64,000 nucleotides of DNA from Candidatus Entotheonellaceae bacterium. GTDB lineage: Bacteria > Tectomicrobia > Entotheonellia > Entotheonellales > Entotheonellaceae. Shown in pieces: positions 40,431-50,967 of this stretch; position 1 is the first letter of the stretch; each line of letters begins with the position of its first letter. Both the position numbers and the translations under genes were made by a program. Location: assembly GCA_965238075.1 (NCBI GenBank), contig OZ250173.1:352001-416000 (forward strand). The letters are read 5' to 3'. The notes beneath the pieces were generated by a model. The model had not been told where the DNA came from. It searched no databases and saw only the letters and a program-made list of their open reading frames with translations.

Positions 40431-43124
40431 ATGAACAACAATTCCGAGTTCGTGACCCAGAACGAAGACATCGAAGCCCTCGAAACGCAGGAGTGGCTGG
40501 AATCGCTCGATGACGTGCTGAAAAGCGGCGGTCCGGCGCGCGTCAAAAACCTTCTGCAGCAGCTTCAGATGCACGCCCAACAAGCCGGCGTGTCGCTTCC
40601 CTATTCGGCCACGACGCCGTTCCTTAACACCGTGTCGGTGGAAGACCAGGCGCCATTTCCGGGCAGCCGCGAGATCGAGCGCCGCATCAAAAGTCTGGTG
40701 CGCTGGAACGCCATGGCCATGGTGGTGCGCGCCAATCGCCTCGATCCCGACATCGGCGGCCACATTTCGACCTACGCCTCGGCGGCCACGCTGTACGAAG
40801 TCGCCTTCAACCATTTCATCCGCGGCAACGGCGGCGGCCAGCGCGGCGATCAGGTGTATTTCCAGGGACACGCTTCGCCGGGCATCTACGCGCGCGCCTT
40901 TCTTGAGGGGCGGCTGTCGCAGGAGCAGCTCGAAAACTTCCGCAATGAGCTCAAGCCCGGGGGCGGTCTGGCTTCGTACCCCCACCCGTGGCTGATGCCG
41001 GATTTCTGGGAATTCCCCACCGTCTCCATGGGCCTCGGCCCCATCATGGGCATCTACCAGGCGCGCTTCAACTGTTACCTGGAAGACCGCGACCTGCTGC
41101 AGCCCGACCCGCGTACCAAGGTGTGGGTCTTCCTGGGCGACGGCGAGACCGACGAGCCCGAAGCCCTCGGCTCGATCAGCCTGGCCTACCGCGCCAAGCT
41201 CAACAACTTGATCTTCGTCGTCAATTGCAACCTGCAGCGCCTTGACGGCCCGGTACGCGGTAACGGCAAGATCATCCAGGAACTCGAAGCTGTCTTTCGC
41301 GGCGCCGGCTGGACGGTCATCAAGGTCGTGTGGGGCAGCGGCTGGGACCCCGTATTCGCCCGTGACTACGATGGCCGGCTAGCCAAGCGCCTGGGCGAAA
41401 TCGTCGACGGCGAATATCAGAAATTCTCGGTGTCTGACGGCGCCTACATCCGCGAGCACATCTGCAACGGCGACCCCCATCTGCTAGACCTGCTCAGCCA
41501 TCTTTCCGACGAGCAACTGCGGCGCATGCGGCGCGGCGGGCACGATCCCGAGAAGGTGTACGCGGCGTACAAGGTGGCCATGGAAAACGACGAGGCACCG
41601 ACGGTCATTCTGGCGCAGACGATCAAGGGCTACGGTCTCGGCGAAGGCGGCGAGGGGCGTAACATCACTCACAAGCAAAAGCTGCTCAACGAGGACGAAT
41701 TGCGCGAGTTCCGTGCCCGCTTCGGGATACCCATCTCCGACGACACTCTGGCCGGGGCGCCGTTCTACCGCCCGCCGGTAGAAAGCCCGGAAATCCAGTA
41801 TCTGCACGAGCATCGCCAGCAGCTCGGCGGCTACGTTCCGAACCGGCAGGAGTCCGCCCCGCGCCTGCGCACGCCCGCCGAATCGCTGTTCGAGGAGCTC
41901 TACCACGGTACCGGTAACCGGGCGATTTCGACCACCATGGCGTTCGTACGCTTGCTGTCCAAGCTGCTGCGCGACCGCGATGTCGGCAAGCTGATCGTGC
42001 CCATCGTGCCGGATGAAGCGCGTACTTTCGGCATGGAATCCCTGTTCCGGCAATGCGGCATCTACTCGCACATCGGCCAGCGTTACGAGCCCGTGGACGC
42101 CGACAGCCTGCTTTACTACAAGGAGTCCACCGACGGCCAGCTACTCGAAGAGGGGATCACCGAGGCCGGTTCCATGGCCTCGTTCATCGCCGCCGGCACG
42201 GCCTACGCGACCCACGGTATCAACACGATTCCATTCTTCATTTATTACTCCATGTTCGGTTTCCAGCGCATCGGCGATCTCATCTGGGCGGCGGCCGACA
42301 TGCGCTGCCGCGGCTTTCTGCTCGGCGCCACGGCCGGCCGCACCACCTTGGCGGGTGAGGGCTTACAGCACCAGGACGGCCACAGCCACCTGCTGGCCTA
42401 CCCCATTCCCAACCTGCTGGCCTACGATCCGGCGTTCGCATACGAAGTCGCGGTGATCATCCGCGACGGCATCCGCCGCATGTACGAGGAGCAGGAAAAC
42501 GTCTTCTATTACCTGACTGTGGAGAACCAGAATTACCCGATGCCGCCGATGCCCGACGACCCGGCCATCAAGGAAGGCATTCTCAAGGGCATGTACCGCT
42601 TCAAAACGGCGGAAAACCCGACAGCCCCGCTCAAGGCCCAACTCATGGGCAGCGGCGCCATCATGAACGAAGTGCTGGAGGCTCAGCAGTTGCTCGCCGA
42701 ACGCTATCACGTGGCCGCCGACGTGTGGAGCGTTACCAGCTACAAGGCGCTGCACTGGGAAGGGTTGGAGGTCGACCGCTGGAACATGCTGCATCCGGAC
42801 GAAGCGCCTCGCCAGTCCTATCTCAGCCAGTGCGTCGCTGACGCGCCGGGGGTGTTCGTAGCCGCCTCGGATTACACCAAAACGCTGCCCGATTCGGTGG
42901 CGCGCTGGTTTCCCAAACCGCTCACCGCCCTGGGAACCGACGGCTTCGGACGCAGTGACGGCCGCAAGGCGCTGCGCCATTTCTTCGAGGTCGATGCACG
43001 CTGCATTGCCTACGCCACGCTGCACGCCCTGGCGCTTGACGGACAGCTATCCGTTCAGACCGTACAACAGGCCCGGCATGACCTCGACATTGACGCCGAG
43101 AAGATCAACCCGATGATGGCCTGA
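40431..43124 (+). CDS. aceE: Pyruvate dehydrogenase E1 (homodimeric type)
   Basis: ETQEWLES, FPTVSMGLG, GDGETDE, GEGLQHQD, GTDGFGRSD. Confidence 0.95.
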   Translation: MNNNSEFVTQNEDIEALETQEWLESLDDVLKSGGPARVKNLLQQLQMHAQQAGVSLPYSATTPFLNTVSVEDQAPFPGSREIERRIKSLVRWNAMAMVVRANRLDPDIGGHISTYASAATLYEVAFNHFIRGNGGGQRGDQVYFQGHASPGIYARAFLEGRLSQEQLENFRNELKPGGGLASYPHPWLMPDFWEFPTVSMGLGPIMGIYQARFNCYLEDRDLLQPDPRTKVWVFLGDGETDEPEALGSISLAYRAKLNNLIFVVNCNLQRLDGPVRGNGKIIQELEAVFRGAGWTVIKVVWGSGWDPVFARDYDGRLAKRLGEIVDGEYQKFSVSDGAYIREHICNGDPHLLDLLSHLSDEQLRRMRRGGHDPEKVYAAYKVAMENDEAPTVILAQTIKGYGLGEGGEGRNITHKQKLLNEDELREFRARFGIPISDDTLAGAPFYRPPVESPEIQYLHEHRQQLGGYVPNRQESAPRLRTPAESLFEELYHGTGNRAISTTMAFVRLLSKLLRDRDVGKLIVPIVPDEARTFGMESLFRQCGIYSHIGQRYEPVDADSLLYYKESTDGQLLEEGITEAGSMASFIAAGTAYATHGINTIPFFIYYSMFGFQRIGDLIWAAADMRCRGFLLGATAGRTTLAGEGLQHQDGHSHLLAYPIPNLLAYDPAFAYEVAVIIRDGIRRMYEEQENVFYYLTVENQNYPMPPMPDDPAIKEGILKGMYRFKTAENPTAPLKAQLMGSGAIMNEVLEAQQLLAERYHVAADVWSVTSYKALHWEGLEVDRWNMLHPDEAPRQSYLSQCVADAPGVFVAASDYTKTLPDSVARWFPKPLTALGTDGFGRSDGRKALRHFFEVDARCIAYATLHALALDGQLSVQTVQQARHDLDIDAEKINPMMA

Positions 43125-43188
43125 TTCCCGCCCATCGACCCGTACGTACCGGTAAATCCTGACCACAGCGGCAGGGAGATAGCGCGGC

Positions 43189-44481
43189 ATGGCAACGTTT
43201 GCGTTTGCTCTTCCCGAACTCGGCGAGAGTATCGAGTCGGGTGACGTCGTACAAGTATTGGTCGCGGTGGGGGACCGGATCGCCGCCGAACAATCGGTGC
43301 TGGAACTCGAGACCGACAAGGCAATGGTTGAGGTGCCGTCGCCTGTCGGCGGCTCGGTGACAGCGATTCACGTGGCGCCGGGAGACAAAGCGGCGGTCGG
43401 GCAGTTGATTGTGACCCTGGAGACTGATGGGGCGACGGCGACGAAGAACGCCCCCTCTCCAAGCGAGCCACCGACAAAAACGGAGCCGGAGCCCCCTGCG
43501 CCGCCCGCACCAGTCGAAGCCCCCGTTGCCGACACTGCAAGTCCACCGGCAGCCGCAGCGCAGACGGCCCGCTCCGGTGCACCGGCAGCGCCTTCGGTAC
43601 GGCGGCTGGCACGTGAAATCGGCGTCGATATCCATGAGATCCCCGGCTCAGGACCCGGCGGGCGCGTGTCTACCGATGACGTCAAACGTTACGCTCGGAG
43701 GCGCCAGTCTCAAGAACCCGTTACGGCCCCAGCGGCAGCCGTCCCGGCTGCCCTGCCCTTGCCGGATTTCCGTCGCTGGGGTGTTGTCGAGCGGCGACCA
43801 ATGAGCAACGTGCGCCGCCTCACCGCCGACCAAATGGCGCGCACGTGGGCCACTGTGCCGCAAGTCACGCAATACGATCAGGCCGACATCACCGAGCTTG
43901 AGCAGTTACGGCAGAAATTTGCCCCCAAAGCCGTTGCGGCGGGCGGCAAGCTCACCATCACCGCCATCGCGCTGAAAGTGGTCGCCGCCGCCCTCAAAAC
44001 ATTCCCGCAGTTCAACGCCAGCGTCGACATGGCGACCCATGAAGTCATCTACAAGCAGTACTATCACGTCGGCGTGGCGGTGGACACCGACCGCGGCCTG
44101 TTGGTCCCCGTGATCCGCGACGTGGACAGCAAGAACATCATCGCCCTCGCCGTTGAGTTGACCGAACTCGCTGAGCGTGCCCGCAGCCGCAAAACCAGCC
44201 TGGAGGAAATGCAGGGCGGCACCTTTACCATCACCAACCTGGGCGGCATCGGCGGCACGGGCTTCTCGCCCATCCTCAACGCCCCGGAAGTGGCCATCCT
44301 CGGCATGGCGCGCAGCCGCATCGAGCCCGTGCACGAGGACGGCCAATTCGTGCCGCGTTTGATGCTGCCGCTCAGCCTGTCGTACGACCACCGGTTGATC
44401 GACGGCGCCGATGGCGCCCGTTTTCTCCGCTGGGTGGTGGAAGCCTTGTCACAGCCCTTCCTGCTCAGCCTGGAAGGTTGA
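43189..44481 (+). CDS. aceF: Dihydrolipoamide acetyltransferase (single lipoyl domain)
   Basis: ETDKA, PSVRRLARE, DHRLIDG. Confidence 0.93.
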   Translation: MATFAFALPELGESIESGDVVQVLVAVGDRIAAEQSVLELETDKAMVEVPSPVGGSVTAIHVAPGDKAAVGQLIVTLETDGATATKNAPSPSEPPTKTEPEPPAPPAPVEAPVADTASPPAAAAQTARSGAPAAPSVRRLAREIGVDIHEIPGSGPGGRVSTDDVKRYARRRQSQEPVTAPAAAVPAALPLPDFRRWGVVERRPMSNVRRLTADQMARTWATVPQVTQYDQADITELEQLRQKFAPKAVAAGGKLTITAIALKVVAAALKTFPQFNASVDMATHEVIYKQYYHVGVAVDTDRGLLVPVIRDVDSKNIIALAVELTELAERARSRKTSLEEMQGGTFTITNLGGIGGTGFSPILNAPEVAILGMARSRIEPVHEDGQFVPRLMLPLSLSYDHRLIDGADGARFLRWVVEALSQPFLLSLEG

Positions 44482-44484
44482 GAC

Positions 44485-45915
44485 GTGGCGACGGTGCCGC
44501 GCAGCACACAGGTCGCGGTCATCGGCGGCGGTCCCGGCGGCTACGCCGCGGCCTTCCAGGCCGCTGACCTCGGCCTGCAAGTCACCCTCATCGACGCCGA
44601 ACCCAATCCCGGCGGCGTCTGTCTCTACCGAGGATGTATTCCCTCCAAAGCCCTACTGCACGTCGCCAAGGTGATCGGCGAGGCGCGCCAAGCCAGCGAC
44701 TGGGGCGTGTCCTTCAGCGACCCACAGATCGACGTCGATGCCTTGCGGAACTGGAAGGAAGGCGTCGTCGGCAAACTCACCGGCGGCCTCGGCGACCTGT
44801 GCCAACGCCGCCGTGTTGCCTTCGTACAGGGACACGCCGCCTTTCGCGATGCGAATGCTCTCGTTGTGCGCACGGAATCGGGAACGGAAGAGCTGGTAGC
44901 CTTCGAGCACGCCATTGTGGCCACCGGCTCTCGCCCCGCTGCTCTGCCGAACCTTGACGTCGATTCGCCCCGCATACTCGATTCAACCGCGGCGTTGGCT
45001 CTGCCCGACATCCCGCAAAGCCTGTTGGTCATCGGCGGCGGCTACATCGGTCTCGAATTGGGCTCAGTGTACGCCGCCCTCGGCACTCGGGTCTCTGTCG
45101 TAGAAATGACCTCGGGCCTGCTTCCCGGCGTCGACCGCGACCTCGTACGCGTACTCAGCCAGCGCCTGCAGCAACGGTTCGCGGCAGTCATGCTCGACAC
45201 CACCGTCACGGCGTTACGGGAAGAATCGGACGCTATCCACGTCACTCTCGAAGGCACCGGCGCCACAGAACCGGAGCAGGTATATGAAAAGATTCTGGTT
45301 GCGGTAGGTCGCCGTCCCCAGACCGACGGTTTGGGTCTGGGGAACACCCGCATCGCGCTGGATGCGCGGGGCTTCGTGCAGGTCGACCCGCAGCGCCGTA
45401 CCCACGAACACACTACCTTTGCCATTGGCGACATCACTGGAGAACCCATGCTGGCCCACAAGGCGGCTCACGAGGGCCGCGTTGCCGCAGAGGCTATCGC
45501 CGGCAAGAAAACGGCGTTCGAGCCGCAAGCCATTCCCGCCGTCGTGTTTACCGACCCCGAAATCGCCTGGTGCGGGCTCACTGAATTGCAGGCCAAACAG
45601 CAACAGCGACAGGTCACCATCACCCGCTTTCCCTGGGCCGCCTCGGGCCGCGCCCTGACGCTTGGCCACGGCGAGGGCGTCACCAAACTCATCATCGATC
45701 CCGAAACCCAACGCGTCCTCGGTGTCGGCATCGCCGGCAGCGGCGCCGGGGAAATGATCGCTGAGGGCGTACTGGCTGTCGAAATGGCTGCCCTGGCTTC
45801 CGACCTGTCGCTCAGCATTCATCCCCACCCCACCCTCTCCGAAACCCTCATGGAAGCTGCGGATGTCTTCTTCGGTCAGAGCACCCATGTGTACCGTCCG
45901 CCCAGGGCAAGGTAG
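44485..45915 (+). CDS. lpdA: Dihydrolipoamide dehydrogenase
   Basis: GGGPGG, CLYRGCIPSK, HPHPTLSE. Confidence 0.95.
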   Translation: MATVPRSTQVAVIGGGPGGYAAAFQAADLGLQVTLIDAEPNPGGVCLYRGCIPSKALLHVAKVIGEARQASDWGVSFSDPQIDVDALRNWKEGVVGKLTGGLGDLCQRRRVAFVQGHAAFRDANALVVRTESGTEELVAFEHAIVATGSRPAALPNLDVDSPRILDSTAALALPDIPQSLLVIGGGYIGLELGSVYAALGTRVSVVEMTSGLLPGVDRDLVRVLSQRLQQRFAAVMLDTTVTALREESDAIHVTLEGTGATEPEQVYEKILVAVGRRPQTDGLGLGNTRIALDARGFVQVDPQRRTHEHTTFAIGDITGEPMLAHKAAHEGRVAAEAIAGKKTAFEPQAIPAVVFTDPEIAWCGLTELQAKQQQRQVTITRFPWAASGRALTLGHGEGVTKLIIDPETQRVLGVGIAGSGAGEMIAEGVLAVEMAALASDLSLSIHPHPTLSETLMEAADVFFGQSTHVYRPPRAR

Positions 45916-45941
45916 CGCCAGTCTTCAACCCGCTGAACTGC

Positions 45942-45970
45942 TTGACGCTAGCCGGCGAAATGACTAGAAT
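45942..45970 (+). promoter_or_regulatory. sigma70-like promoter
   Basis: TTGACG-17 bp-TAGAAT upstream of the selenoprotein gene. Confidence 0.6.
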
Positions 45971-46021
45971 CGCGTCTTTGCAACCCGACATGGCAACCGA
46001 TTTTTGCTGAGGAGGTCCAAC

Positions 46022-46252
46022 GTGGACATCTCTATTGAATACTGTGGTGAATGAAACTATTTGCCCGATGCTGCAAGTTTGCAGAGCGCGATCAAAGACA
46101 AATTCGACCATGTAGCCACCCTGATCGAGGGTGGTGGCGGCGCCTTTGAAGTCCGGGTGGACGGCAAGCTGGTTTTCTCCAAACTCAAGACCTCCCGATT
46201 CCCCGAAAACGACGAGATTTTCGACGCCATCGCCAGCCTTCAATCCGCTTAG
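46022..46252 (+). CDS. Rdx-family (SelW/SelT/SelH-like) selenoprotein, CxxU
   Basis: GAGGAGG RBS, GTG start, MDISIEYCGE-TGA-NYLP...GGGAFEV..DGKLVFSK...RFP; hairpin CTGCAAGTTTGCAG at 46071-46084. Confidence 0.88.
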
Positions 46253-46325
46253 GCGGCGTGTCGTTTCCGGTTTTCCGCCCCCGGCACACCCCACGCCGGG
46301 GCGGTTGCAATGACGTCCATCCCAT

Positions 46326-46398
<73 letters not shown>

Positions 46399-46463
46399 CC
46401 TTCCCGGTAAGACCCATCTGACAGTCGGCAGCCCGACTTTCCACAGGCCTTACACGACAAGAC

Positions 46464-46499
46464 AAAAAAAGGCGCTCGCATTGTGTCTGCGAGCGCCTT
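46464..46499 (-). terminator. Intrinsic terminator of the PQQ dehydrogenase gene
   Basis: Stem AAGGCGCTCGCA/TGCGAGCGCCTT with a T-run on the minus strand. Confidence 0.8.
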
Positions 46500-46528
46500 G
46501 ATTCCCTTCCTTGAGGCCGAACAGCGTT

Positions 46529-48244
46529 TTAACGCGACAGGGCCACGATCAGGTTGCCGTGCTCCAGGTTGTGCTCCTCGTAACCCCAGCCGGGCACGCC
46601 ACCGACAGCCTGCACGACGTACTGCTTGCCGTCCAGCATATAGGTAATCGGCCCCGACTTGGGCGTGGTGCCCAGGTTGACGGCATACAGGATTTCTCCC
46701 GAAGCCGCATCAACGGCCTGAAAATCGGCGTTCTGGCTAGTGTAGAAGACTAGGCCGCCGGCCGTCGACAACATGCCACCGGCGAAACCCCACTTGGTTT
46801 TCTGATCGCGCCAGATCTCGTTGCCGCTCTTGATGTTCAGGGCGAGATTCACCTCGTACGCGTCTTCACGGTCGAAGAGAAACTCGAACGTGGCGCCGAG
46901 ATTCCGCACGTTGCTGATGACCTTGACTTCCTCATAGCCATACATCATGCCGAGGTTTGTTGCCGGCAGAAAGATCATACCGCTGTCCGGGTTGTAGGCT
47001 GCGGGATACATGTTTACCCCGCCGAAAACGCTGGGCCACACCTCCAGCGTCTCGCCGCCCTGCTCCGGCAGCGCGATCTGGTTAAGCGGGCGGCCTTCGA
47101 CGTCGTAGCCCTCCGCCCAATTGATCTTGTCGCTGAACCTTGCCGCCCGCAGGAACTGACCGGTCGCCGCATCCAGATAGTGGATGTAACCGGTCTTGTT
47201 CGGCTGCACGATGGTTTTGCGACCGTCAATGGTGATGATCAAGGGCGTCTGCATGGTGTCGTAGTCCCACGGATCGCCCGGCACCACGGTATAGCGCCAG
47301 GGCACCTTGCCGGTATCCGTGTTGATCGCCACCACGCTGGCGGCGCCCACGTTGTCGTATTTGCCGTTGCCGCGCGGCACGGCGTTGAACGGGTAGGCGT
47401 TCGCCGTGCCCGTATAGTACATGCGCAGGTCCGGGTCCCAGGTGCCAACGATCCACGGGCCGGCGCCGCCGTAGTCGCGGCTGTCACCGGGCCAGGATTC
47501 GTAACCGGGCTCGCCCGGGCCGGGAATCATGTTGGCCTGCCAGAGCACCGCACCGTCGTCGGGACTTATCCCGGCCACGTAGCCGGGCAAGCCGCCCATG
47601 TCCGTGGCGTTCAGGGGTACGATGATTTGACCAGGAATGGCCAGCGGCCCGGCGGTGCCGAAGTAACCGTTGGAATCGTCTGACTTGTCAAACGCCTTGG
47701 GGTAGTGCATGTATTGCTGGACAAACTTCGCCACGCCGGTCTTGTAATGAATGGCGTGCACCTTCGTGTCGTTGGAAAGGAAATAAATGTACTCCCCGGA
47801 GATGGCCAGGTTGCGATGCTTCCCGGTGAAGAAATCGGCAAACTGTCCGCCCCAGTCCTCGGGCAGCTCGTGGACGTACTTCCACAGCCGGCCGCCGGAT
47901 CGAGCGTCGACGGCAAAGACCGTGTTGTCCTGCGCCTGATACACCACCCCGTCATGGTACAGCGGGGTGGCCTGAGCATCGGTTTCGCCGCCGGTGGAGA
48001 AAATCCAGGCGACTCTGAGATCGCCAACATTACTCGGGTTCAACTGGGTCAACAGGCTGTGGCGATGCCCGGCCCAGTTGCCATTGCCATGCAGCCAGGA
48101 CGCCGCCGGCGCGGATGCCAGCATCGAATCCGTGACCCCCGCCTGTGCATCCTCTTCTTGCGCTTGTACCCATCCGGCGCCGCCCACCATGCACAGCGCA
48201 ACGACCATACCTACGCCCACAAGTCGTGTGAAGATACGGTTCAT
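46529..48244 (-). CDS. PQQ-dependent dehydrogenase-like beta-propeller protein, paralog 1
   Basis: Signal peptide, HRHS.L.Q, QATPL, DPWDYD, GPITYMLDGKQYV. Confidence 0.85.
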   Translation of the reverse strand: MNRIFTRLVGVGMVVALCMVGGAGWVQAQEEDAQAGVTDSMLASAPAASWLHGNGNWAGHRHSLLTQLNPSNVGDLRVAWIFSTGGETDAQATPLYHDGVVYQAQDNTVFAVDARSGGRLWKYVHELPEDWGGQFADFFTGKHRNLAISGEYIYFLSNDTKVHAIHYKTGVAKFVQQYMHYPKAFDKSDDSNGYFGTAGPLAIPGQIIVPLNATDMGGLPGYVAGISPDDGAVLWQANMIPGPGEPGYESWPGDSRDYGGAGPWIVGTWDPDLRMYYTGTANAYPFNAVPRGNGKYDNVGAASVVAINTDTGKVPWRYTVVPGDPWDYDTMQTPLIITIDGRKTIVQPNKTGYIHYLDAATGQFLRAARFSDKINWAEGYDVEGRPLNQIALPEQGGETLEVWPSVFGGVNMYPAAYNPDSGMIFLPATNLGMMYGYEEVKVISNVRNLGATFEFLFDREDAYEVNLALNIKSGNEIWRDQKTKWGFAGGMLSTAGGLVFYTSQNADFQAVDAASGEILYAVNLGTTPKSGPITYMLDGKQYVVQAVGGVPGWGYEEHNLEHGNLIVALSR

Positions 48245-48322
48245 AGCTCCCTCCTTATTCGACTCCGGAGATTTAGCGTCTGTCCTACGTTGGTAAAGCA
48301 CACTCTTGGAAGGGACGGGCGC

Positions 48323-48351
48323 ATAGTAGGAAGGGGGATATAACGTGTCAA
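48323..48351 (-). promoter_or_regulatory. sigma70-like promoter
   Basis: TTGACA-17 bp-TACTAT. Confidence 0.65.
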
Positions 48352-48462
48352 CCAAAAACTGACCCGCCGGGGCTGAGGTGCAGCAGGCAAAAGGAATGGT
48401 TCATAGCGGACAATAGGGACAGATGCTGTCGGACGCCCGCCCGGTCACCGGCATTCACCGCG

Positions 48463-48900
48463 TCACCGAGGCCTGGTCTCGGAATCTCCCCAATAAGCGC
48501 CCTCTATTGCCAAAGTTTCGAGAAACGCGCCAATTTGGAATATAAGCTCCTCGGACAACACTTTACCCCAACTGGGCATCTTACCTATTCGGCCGGTTTC
48601 GCGACCATTCTTGACGACGTGGACGTATTGCTCAAAACCTCTTTTGAATACCCGCAAATCAGCGCCGCTTGGACCCCGCTCGGCTGCGCCGTTGGCGCGG
48701 GGGCCGTGACACGGGGCGCACACCGCTATAAACCAGGACCTGCCTTCTTTAATCGCCTTCTCATCTCCGGAAAAAGGATTGGTCGCCGGCACCTCCGACT
48801 CGGCGTGCGCCAAACGTTGCGCTACGAGCACCGCATCGAACGCCAGACAACAACCCACAACCACCATAACTACCGTTGCCACTCGAACTGCACGCCCCAT
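48463..48900 (-). CDS. Periplasmic monoheme cytochrome c
   Basis: Signal/TM segment, NPF, CAPCH, distal MP. Confidence 0.9.
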   Translation of the reverse strand: MGRAVRVATVVMVVVGCCLAFDAVLVAQRLAHAESEVPATNPFSGDEKAIKEGRSWFIAVCAPCHGPRANGAAERGPSGADLRVFKRGFEQYVHVVKNGRETGRIGKMPSWGKVLSEELIFQIGAFLETLAIEGAYWGDSETRPR

Positions 48901-49001
48901 CGCCACGCCCTTGTTTTTCTCTCCACAACGAACCAAGGCACGCACGACAAATCGTACGTGCCTTGGCACCCTTACTTTACATCACCATTCCAGAACGACG
49001 T

Positions 49002-50702
49002 TTAGCGGCTGAACGCCACCACCATGCTGCCGTGTTCCAAGTTATGCTCTTGGAAATCCCAGCCCGGCACACCGCCGACCGGCTGCACGACGTACTGCTT
49101 GCCATCCAGCATGTAGGTGATGGGGCCGGCCTTCGGCGTTACACCAAGGTTGAAGGTGTAGAGAATCTCGCCCGTGGTGGCATTCGTGGCATGGAAGATA
49201 CCCGCCTGGCTGGTGTAGAACACCAGATTGCCGGCCGTCGTCAGCATGCCGCCTGCATACCCCCACTTGCCCTTCTGATCACGCCATACTTCGGCGCCGG
49301 TCTTCACGTCGATGGCCAGTTCAACTTCGTAACCCCAGATGAACTCCACCGAGGCGCCGAAGTGACGCACGTTGGCGATGACCTTGATGTCTTCGAATTT
49401 GTACTCCATACCCGCATTCGTTGCCGCCAGATACAGGTTTCCGGTCAACGGGTTGTAGGCATTGGGATACATGTTGACGCCGCCGAACAGACTCGGCCAC
49501 ACTTCTACCGCGCCGCCGTCTTCAATGGGTAGGTCGAGCTGGCCCACCGGACGGCCTTCGACGTCGTAACCCTGGATCCAGTTGATCCGGTCGGCAAACG
49601 CCGGGGCGCGCAGGAACTCGCCGGTCGCCGCATCCAGGTAGTGGATGTAGCCGGTCTTGTTCGGATGCACGACCGTCTTGCGACCGTCAATGGTGATGAC
49701 CATGGGGGTCTGCATGGTGTCGTAGTCCCACGGATCGCCGGGAACGACAACATAGCGCCACGCCGCCTTGCCGGTGTCGGTGCTGCACGCCACCACGCTG
49801 GCAGCGCCAAGGTTGTCCATCTTGCCGTCGCCGCGGGTCTTGGGGTTCCACGGATAGGCGTTGGCCGTGCCGGTGTAGTACATCTGCAAATCGGGATCCC
49901 AGGCGCCGGTGATCCAGGGGCCGGCACCGCCGTAGTCGGCGCTGTCGCCGGGCCAGCTTTCATAGCCGGGCTCGCCGGGGCCGGGAATCATGTTGCATTC
50001 CCAGAGAATTTCGCCGTCTTCAGGATTGACGCCATAGACCCAGCCCGGCAGGCCGCCGAAGTCGGTGCCGTTCAGGGGGACCAGGATCTGGCCGGGGATG
50101 GCCGTGGGTCCGATGGTGGTGGCGTAACCGGTCGAGTCTCCGTCCTCAGTTTTCTCGAAGTCCTCGGGATAATCGAGGTATTGCTTGACGAACCTCTGCT
50201 CGCCCGTCTTGTAGTCCATGGCGTGCAGCTTGGCGTCATTCGACAGGAAGTAAATGTTATTCCCGAGGATGGCCACACCGCGGTGCTTGCCGGTGATGAA
50301 ATCGACGTTGTAGCCGCCAAACGTCTCAGGCAGCTCGTGCTCGTACTTCCAGATCCGCCGGCCGGACCGGGCGTCAATCGCGAAGACTTTGTTGTCCTGC
50401 GCGAAGTACACCAGCCCGTCGTGGTACAGCGGCGTATTCTGCGCATCGGTGTCGCCGCCCGGCGCGAACATCCAGGCAACATTGAGGTCGGCAACATTGG
50501 AAGCGTTCAGTTGCGTCAGCACGCTGTAGCGATGCCCGGCGAGATTGCCGTTGGTGTGCAGCCAAGATGCTGCCGGGTCGGCCAGCAACATTGAATCCGT
50601 CACCGCCAGATCATTCTGTGCGTTGACCCATGAGGCGGTTCCCATCAAGCAGAGCGCCAACGCGACGCCCACGCTCGTGAGCTTCGTCAACATACGGTAC
50701 AT
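49002..50702 (-). CDS. PQQ-dependent dehydrogenase-like protein, paralog 2
   Basis: Same motifs as paralog 1; long identical blocks such as MIPGPGEPGYESWPGDS. Confidence 0.85.
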   Translation of the reverse strand: MYRMLTKLTSVGVALALCLMGTASWVNAQNDLAVTDSMLLADPAASWLHTNGNLAGHRYSVLTQLNASNVADLNVAWMFAPGGDTDAQNTPLYHDGLVYFAQDNKVFAIDARSGRRIWKYEHELPETFGGYNVDFITGKHRGVAILGNNIYFLSNDAKLHAMDYKTGEQRFVKQYLDYPEDFEKTEDGDSTGYATTIGPTAIPGQILVPLNGTDFGGLPGWVYGVNPEDGEILWECNMIPGPGEPGYESWPGDSADYGGAGPWITGAWDPDLQMYYTGTANAYPWNPKTRGDGKMDNLGAASVVACSTDTGKAAWRYVVVPGDPWDYDTMQTPMVITIDGRKTVVHPNKTGYIHYLDAATGEFLRAPAFADRINWIQGYDVEGRPVGQLDLPIEDGGAVEVWPSLFGGVNMYPNAYNPLTGNLYLAATNAGMEYKFEDIKVIANVRHFGASVEFIWGYEVELAIDVKTGAEVWRDQKGKWGYAGGMLTTAGNLVFYTSQAGIFHATNATTGEILYTFNLGVTPKAGPITYMLDGKQYVVQPVGGVPGWDFQEHNLEHGSMVVAFSR

Positions 50703-50781
50703 GGCCTACTCCTTACTTGGTTGAAAAAATACGTTATGCCTTGCCGTGACACCGGCATGGCGCAATCCTGGAAGGGTGGCC

Positions 50782-50810
50782 ATGGTACGGAAGGCAATGC
50801 GGGAGGTCAA
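50782..50810 (-). promoter_or_regulatory. sigma70-like promoter
   Basis: TTGACC-17 bp-TACCAT; context similar to the paralog-1 promoter. Confidence 0.6.
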
Positions 50811-50967
50811 CCGAAAAAAGTGTCTTCGTTTCTGATGCCGCTCGACGGCGGCGCTGATCCGGCGGCTCCGTTACTTTCCCGGGATGCACGGATATAATGG
50901 TGGCCAATAGCCCTAGGGAACGCACCCCATCCCACTGTCAGACCCGCACCTCTGAAGGAGAAAACCT

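Noticed and set aside
46529-50702. Calling the PQQ proteins xoxF or mxaF
   Set aside because: The missing Cys-Cys pair and altered ligand region make them too divergent for those symbols.
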